From NCBI GenBank assembly GCA_964016885.1, contig OZ024741.1, positions 260,214,001-260,278,000 on the forward strand: a DNA stretch of 64,000 bases. The letters run 5' to 3'. Positions within the stretch are counted from its first letter, which is position 1. Every line of letters starts with the position of its first letter. Shown piece after piece: positions 60,451-64,000 of the stretch. Made by a program: the position numbers and the translations under genes. Below the pieces are notes generated by a model. The model searched no databases. It saw only the letters and a program-made list of their open reading frames with translations, and was not told the origin of the DNA. Source of the stretch: Eledone cirrhosa. Its lineage: Eukaryota.

Positions 60451-63400
60451 TTCTGTGTCAGTGCCAGTGTTGTTGTTGCTGTTGTTGCTGTTTTCCGTGC
60501 CAGTGTTGTTGTAGTTGTTGCTGTTTTCTGTGTTAGTGCCAGTGTTGTTGTAGTTGTTGCTGTTTTCTGTGTCAGTGCCAGTGTTTTTGTAGTTGTTGCT
60601 GTTTTCTGTGTCAGTGCCAGTGTTGTTGTAGTTGTTGCTGTTTTCTCTGTCAGTACCAGTGTGGTTGTAGTTGTTGCTGTTTTCTCTGTCAGTGCCAGTG
60701 TTGTTGTAGTTGTTGCTGTTTTCTGTGTCAGTGCCAGTGTTGTTGCTGTTGCTGTTTTCTCTGTCAGTGCCAGTGTTGTTGTAGTTGTTGCTGTTTTCTC
60801 TGTCAGTGCCAGTGTTGTTGTTGTTGCTGTTTTCTCTGTCAGTGCCAGTGTTGTTGTAGTTGTTGCTGTTTTCTCTGTCAGTGCCAGTGTTGTTGTAGTT
60901 GTTGCTGTTTTCTGTGTCAGTGCCAGTGTTGTTGCTGTTGTTGCTGTTTTCTGTGTCCGTGCCAGTGTTGTTGTTGCTGTTTTCTCTGTCAGTGCCAGTG
61001 TTTTTGTTGTTGCTGTTTTCTGTGTCAGTGCCAGTGTTGTTCTAGTTGTTGATGTTTTCTGTGCCAGTGCCAGTGTTGTTGTAGTTGTTGCTGTTTTCTC
61101 TGTCAGTGCCAGTGTTGTTGTAGTTGTTGCTGTTTTCTCTGTCAGTGCCAGTGTTGTTGTAGTTGTTGCTGTTTTCTGTGTCAGTGTCAGTGTTGTTGTT
61201 GTTGCTGTTTTCTCTGTCAGTGCCAGTGTTGTTGTAGTTATTGCTGTTTTCTGTGTCAGTGCCACTGTTGTTGTTGCTGTTTTCTGTGTCAGTGCCAGTG
61301 TTGTTGTTGTTGCTGTTTTCTGTGTCAGTGCCAGTGTTGTTGTTGTTGCTGTTTTCTGTGTCAGTGCCATTGTTATTGCTGTTGTTGCTGTTTTCTATGT
61401 CAGTGCCAGTGTTGTTGTTGCTGTTGTTGCTGTTTTCTGTGTCAGTGTTGTTGCTGTTTCTGTTTTCTCTGTCAGTGCCAGTGTTGTTGTAGTTGTTGCT
61501 GTTTTCTCTGTCAGTGCCAGTGTTGTTGTAGTTGCTGTTTTCTCTGTCAGTGCCAGTGTTGTTGTTGTTGCTGTTTTCTCTGTCAGTGCCAGTGTTGTTG
61601 TTGTTGCTGTTTTCTGTGTCAGTGCCAGTGTTGTTGTAGTTGCTGTTTTCTCTGTCAGTGCCAGTGTTGTTGTTGTTGCTATTTTCACTGTCAGTGCCAG
61701 TGTTGTTGTTGCTGTTTTCTCTGTCAGTGCCAGTGTTGTTGTAGTTGTTGCTGTTTTCTCTGCCAGTGCCAGTGTTGTTGTTGTTGCTGTTTTCTCTGTC
61801 AGTGCCAGTGTTGTTGTAGTTGTTGCTGTTTTCTCTGTCAGTGCCAGTGTTGTTGTAGTTGTTGCTGTTTTCTGTGTCAGTGCCGGTGTTGTTGTTGTTG
61901 CTGTTTTCTCTGTTAGTGCCAGTGTTGTTGTTGTTGCAGTTTTCTGTGTCAGTGCCAGTGTTGTTGTTGTTGCTGTTTTCTGTGTCAGTGCCAGTGTTGT
62001 TGTTGTTGCTGTTTTCTGTGTCAGTGCCAGTGTTGTTGTAGTTGTTGCTGTTTTCTGTGTCAGTGCCAGTGTTGTTGTAGTTGTTGCTGTTTTCTGTGTC
62101 AGTGCCAGTGTTGTTGTAGTTGTTGCTGTTTTCTCTGTCAGTGCCAGTCTTGTTGTAGTTGTTGCTGTTTTCTGTGTCAGTGCCAGTGTTGTTGTTGCTG
62201 TTTTCTCTGTCAGTGCTCAGTGCCAGTGTTGTTGTAGTTGTTGGTGTTTTCTCTGTCAGTGCCAGTGTTGTTGTAGTTGTTGCTGTTTTCTCTGTCAGTG
62301 CCAGTTTTGTTGTAGTTGTTGCTGTTTTCTGTGTCAGTGCCAGTGTTGTTGTAGTTGTTGCTGTTTTCTCTGTCAGTGCCAGTGTTGTTGTTGCTGTTTT
62401 CTCTGTCAGTGCCAGTGTTGTAGTTGTTGCTGTTTTCTCTGTCAGTGCCAGTGTTGTTGTTGTTGTTGCTGTTTTCTCTGTCAGTGTTGTTGTTGTTGCT
62501 ATTTTCACTGTCAGTGCCAGTGTTGTTGTTGTTGCTGTTTTCTGTTGCAGTGCCAGTGTTGTTGTTGTTGCTGTTTTCTGTGTCAGTGCCAGTGTTGTTG
62601 TTGTTACTGTTGCTGTTTTCTGTGTCAGTGCCAGTCTTGTTGTTGTTACTGTTGCTGTTTTCTGTACCAGAGCCAGTGTTATTGTTGCTGTTGTTGCTGT
62701 TTTCTGTGTCAGTGCCACTGTTGTTGTTGCTGTTGTTGCTGTTTTCTGTGTCAGTGCCAGTGTTGTTGTTGCTGTTGTAGCTGTTTTCTCTGTCAGTGCC
62801 AGTGTTGTTGTTGCTGTTGTTGCTGTTTTCCGTGCCAGTGTTGTTGTAGTTGTTGCTGTTTTCTGTGTCAGTGCCAGTGCTCTTGCTGTTGCTGTTTTCT
62901 GTGTCAGTGCCAGTGTTGTTGTTGTTACTGTTGCTGTTTTCTGTGTCAGTTCCAGTGTTGTTGTTGTTGTTGCTGTTGCTGTTTTCTGTGCCAGTGCCAG
63001 TGTTATTGTTGCTGTTGTTGCTGTTTTCTCTGTCAGTGCCAGTGTTGTTGTAGTTGTTGCTGTTTTCTCTGTCCGTGCCAGTGTTGTTGTAGTTGTTGCT
63101 GTTTTCTGTGTCAGTGCCAGTGTTGTTGTAGTTGTTGCTGTTTTCTCTGTCAGTGACAGTGTTGTTGTTGTTGCTGCTTTCTCTGTCAGTGTCAGTGTTG
63201 TAGTTGTTGCTGTTTTCTCTGTCAGTGCCAGTGTTGTTGTTGTTGTTGCTGTTTTCTGTGTCAGTGCCAGTGTTGTTGTTGTTACTGTTTTCTGTGTCAG
63301 TGCCAGTGTTGTTGTTGTTGCTGTTTTCTGTGTCAGTGCCAGTGTTGTTGTTGTTACTGTTGCTGTTTTCTGTGTCAGTTCCAGTGTTGCTGTTGCTGTT

Positions 63401-64000
63401 TTCTGTGCCAGTGCCAGTGTTATTGTTGCTGTTGTTGCTGTTTTCTGTGTCAGTGCCACGGTTATTGTTGCTGTTGTTGCTGTTTTCTGTGTCAGTGCCA
63501 GTGTTGTTGTTGCTGTTGTTGCTGTTTTCTGTGTCAGTGTTGTTGTTGCTGTTGTTGCTGTTTTCCGTGCCAGTGTTGTTGTAGTTGTTGCTGTTTTCTG
63601 TGTCAGTGCCGGTGTTGTTGTTGTTGCTGTTTTCTCTGTCAGTGCCAGTGTTGTTGTTGTTGCTGTTTTCTGTGTCAGTGCCAGTGTTGTTGTAGTTGTT
63701 GCTGTTTTCTGTGTCAGTGCCAGTGTTGTTGTAGTTGTTTCTGTTTTCTGTGTCAGTGCCAGTGTTGTTGTAGTTGTTGCTGTTTTCTCTGTCAGTGCCA
63801 GTGTTGTTGTAGTTGTTGCTGTTTTCTCTGTCAGTGCCAGTGTTGTTGTAGTTGTTGCTGTTTTCTGTGTCAATGCCAGTGTTGTTGTTGCTGTTTTCTC
63901 TGTCAGTCCCAGTGTTGTTGTAGTTGTTGCTGTTTTCTGTGTCAGTGCCAGTGTTGTTGTAGTTGTTGCTGTTTTCTCTCTCAGTGCCAGTGTTGTTGTA

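Larger units (their letters stand above)
1..64000. repeat. Tandem satellite/minisatellite array with a ~39-bp consensus monomer (GTCAGTGCCAGTGTTGTTGTAGTTGTTGCTGTTTTCT[C/G]T) and common 33/36/39/42-bp variants; about 1,700 copies in one orientation
   Basis: The anchor GCTGTTTTCT[C/G]TGTCAGTGCCAGT recurs every ~30-48 bp from the first line to the last, separated only by a GTT-based tract. The 39-mer (TCT form) has 19 T, 11 G, 6 C and 3 A. Confidence 0.99.

Noticed and set aside
61042-62215. Asn-rich minus-strand frame (NTGTDRENSNNYN) as a surface antigen
   Set aside because: It appears in the track only after frameshifts of the same repeat and is cut by recurrent TAG/TAA from the GTTCTAG and GTTTTAG variants.
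313-63584. Many short Leu-rich ORFs resembling signal peptides or membrane proteins
   Set aside because: They are gaps between GTAG-derived TAG stops in the third frame and start at TTG inside the GTT tract.
1-64000. CRISPR array (conserved ~24-bp anchor at regular spacing)
   Set aside because: The intervening segments are 6-24 bp GTT tracts, not unique spacers. There is no leader, no cas gene and no repeat palindrome.
1-64000. Reverse-transcriptase or rolling-circle concatemer encoding an endless ORF (DRT2/Neo-like), or a telomerase stutter product
   Set aside because: Point variants are inherited in ordered kb-scale blocks, which indicates DNA-level duplication over time rather than repeated copying of one short template. 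No RT or template locus is present.
1-64000. Pure sequencing or assembly artefact
   Set aside because: Nested duplications with graded divergence and shared rare variants are not typical of random error. Individual near-identical blocks still need read support.
1-64000. G-quadruplex, hairpin, terminator, tRNA or rRNA features
   Set aside because: There are essentially no G-runs, and the scarcity of A with single orientation gives no substantial inverted repeats. No structured RNA signature is visible.

Overview
All 64 kb is one uninterrupted, head-to-tail tandem array (satellite or very long minisatellite). I found no unique sequence, inversion or inserted element, and the array runs off both ends of the window. 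The consensus monomer is GTCAGT GCCAGT (GTT)2 GTA GTT GTT GCT GTT TTC T[C/G]T (39 bp). Variants of about 30-48 bp arise mostly from slippage in the GTT tract or loss of a GYCAGT hexamer, giving roughly 1,700 monomers (64,000 / ~37-38 bp). Rare diagnostic variants show nested kb-scale duplications (offsets 3084, 7530, 3630, 1529, 4248, 2882, 2906/2543 and 1892 bp) built from a few recurring multi-monomer modules. The many long ORFs in the track reflect a stop-poor triplet-based monomer. Inherited stop codons and frameshifts argue against one intact gene, although a degenerate Thr-rich mucin-like exon on the minus strand cannot be excluded. I cannot support a gene, RNA, CRISPR array, mobile element or new multi-gene system, and I cannot identify the organism. 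Block boundaries were read by eye and are good to about one monomer.
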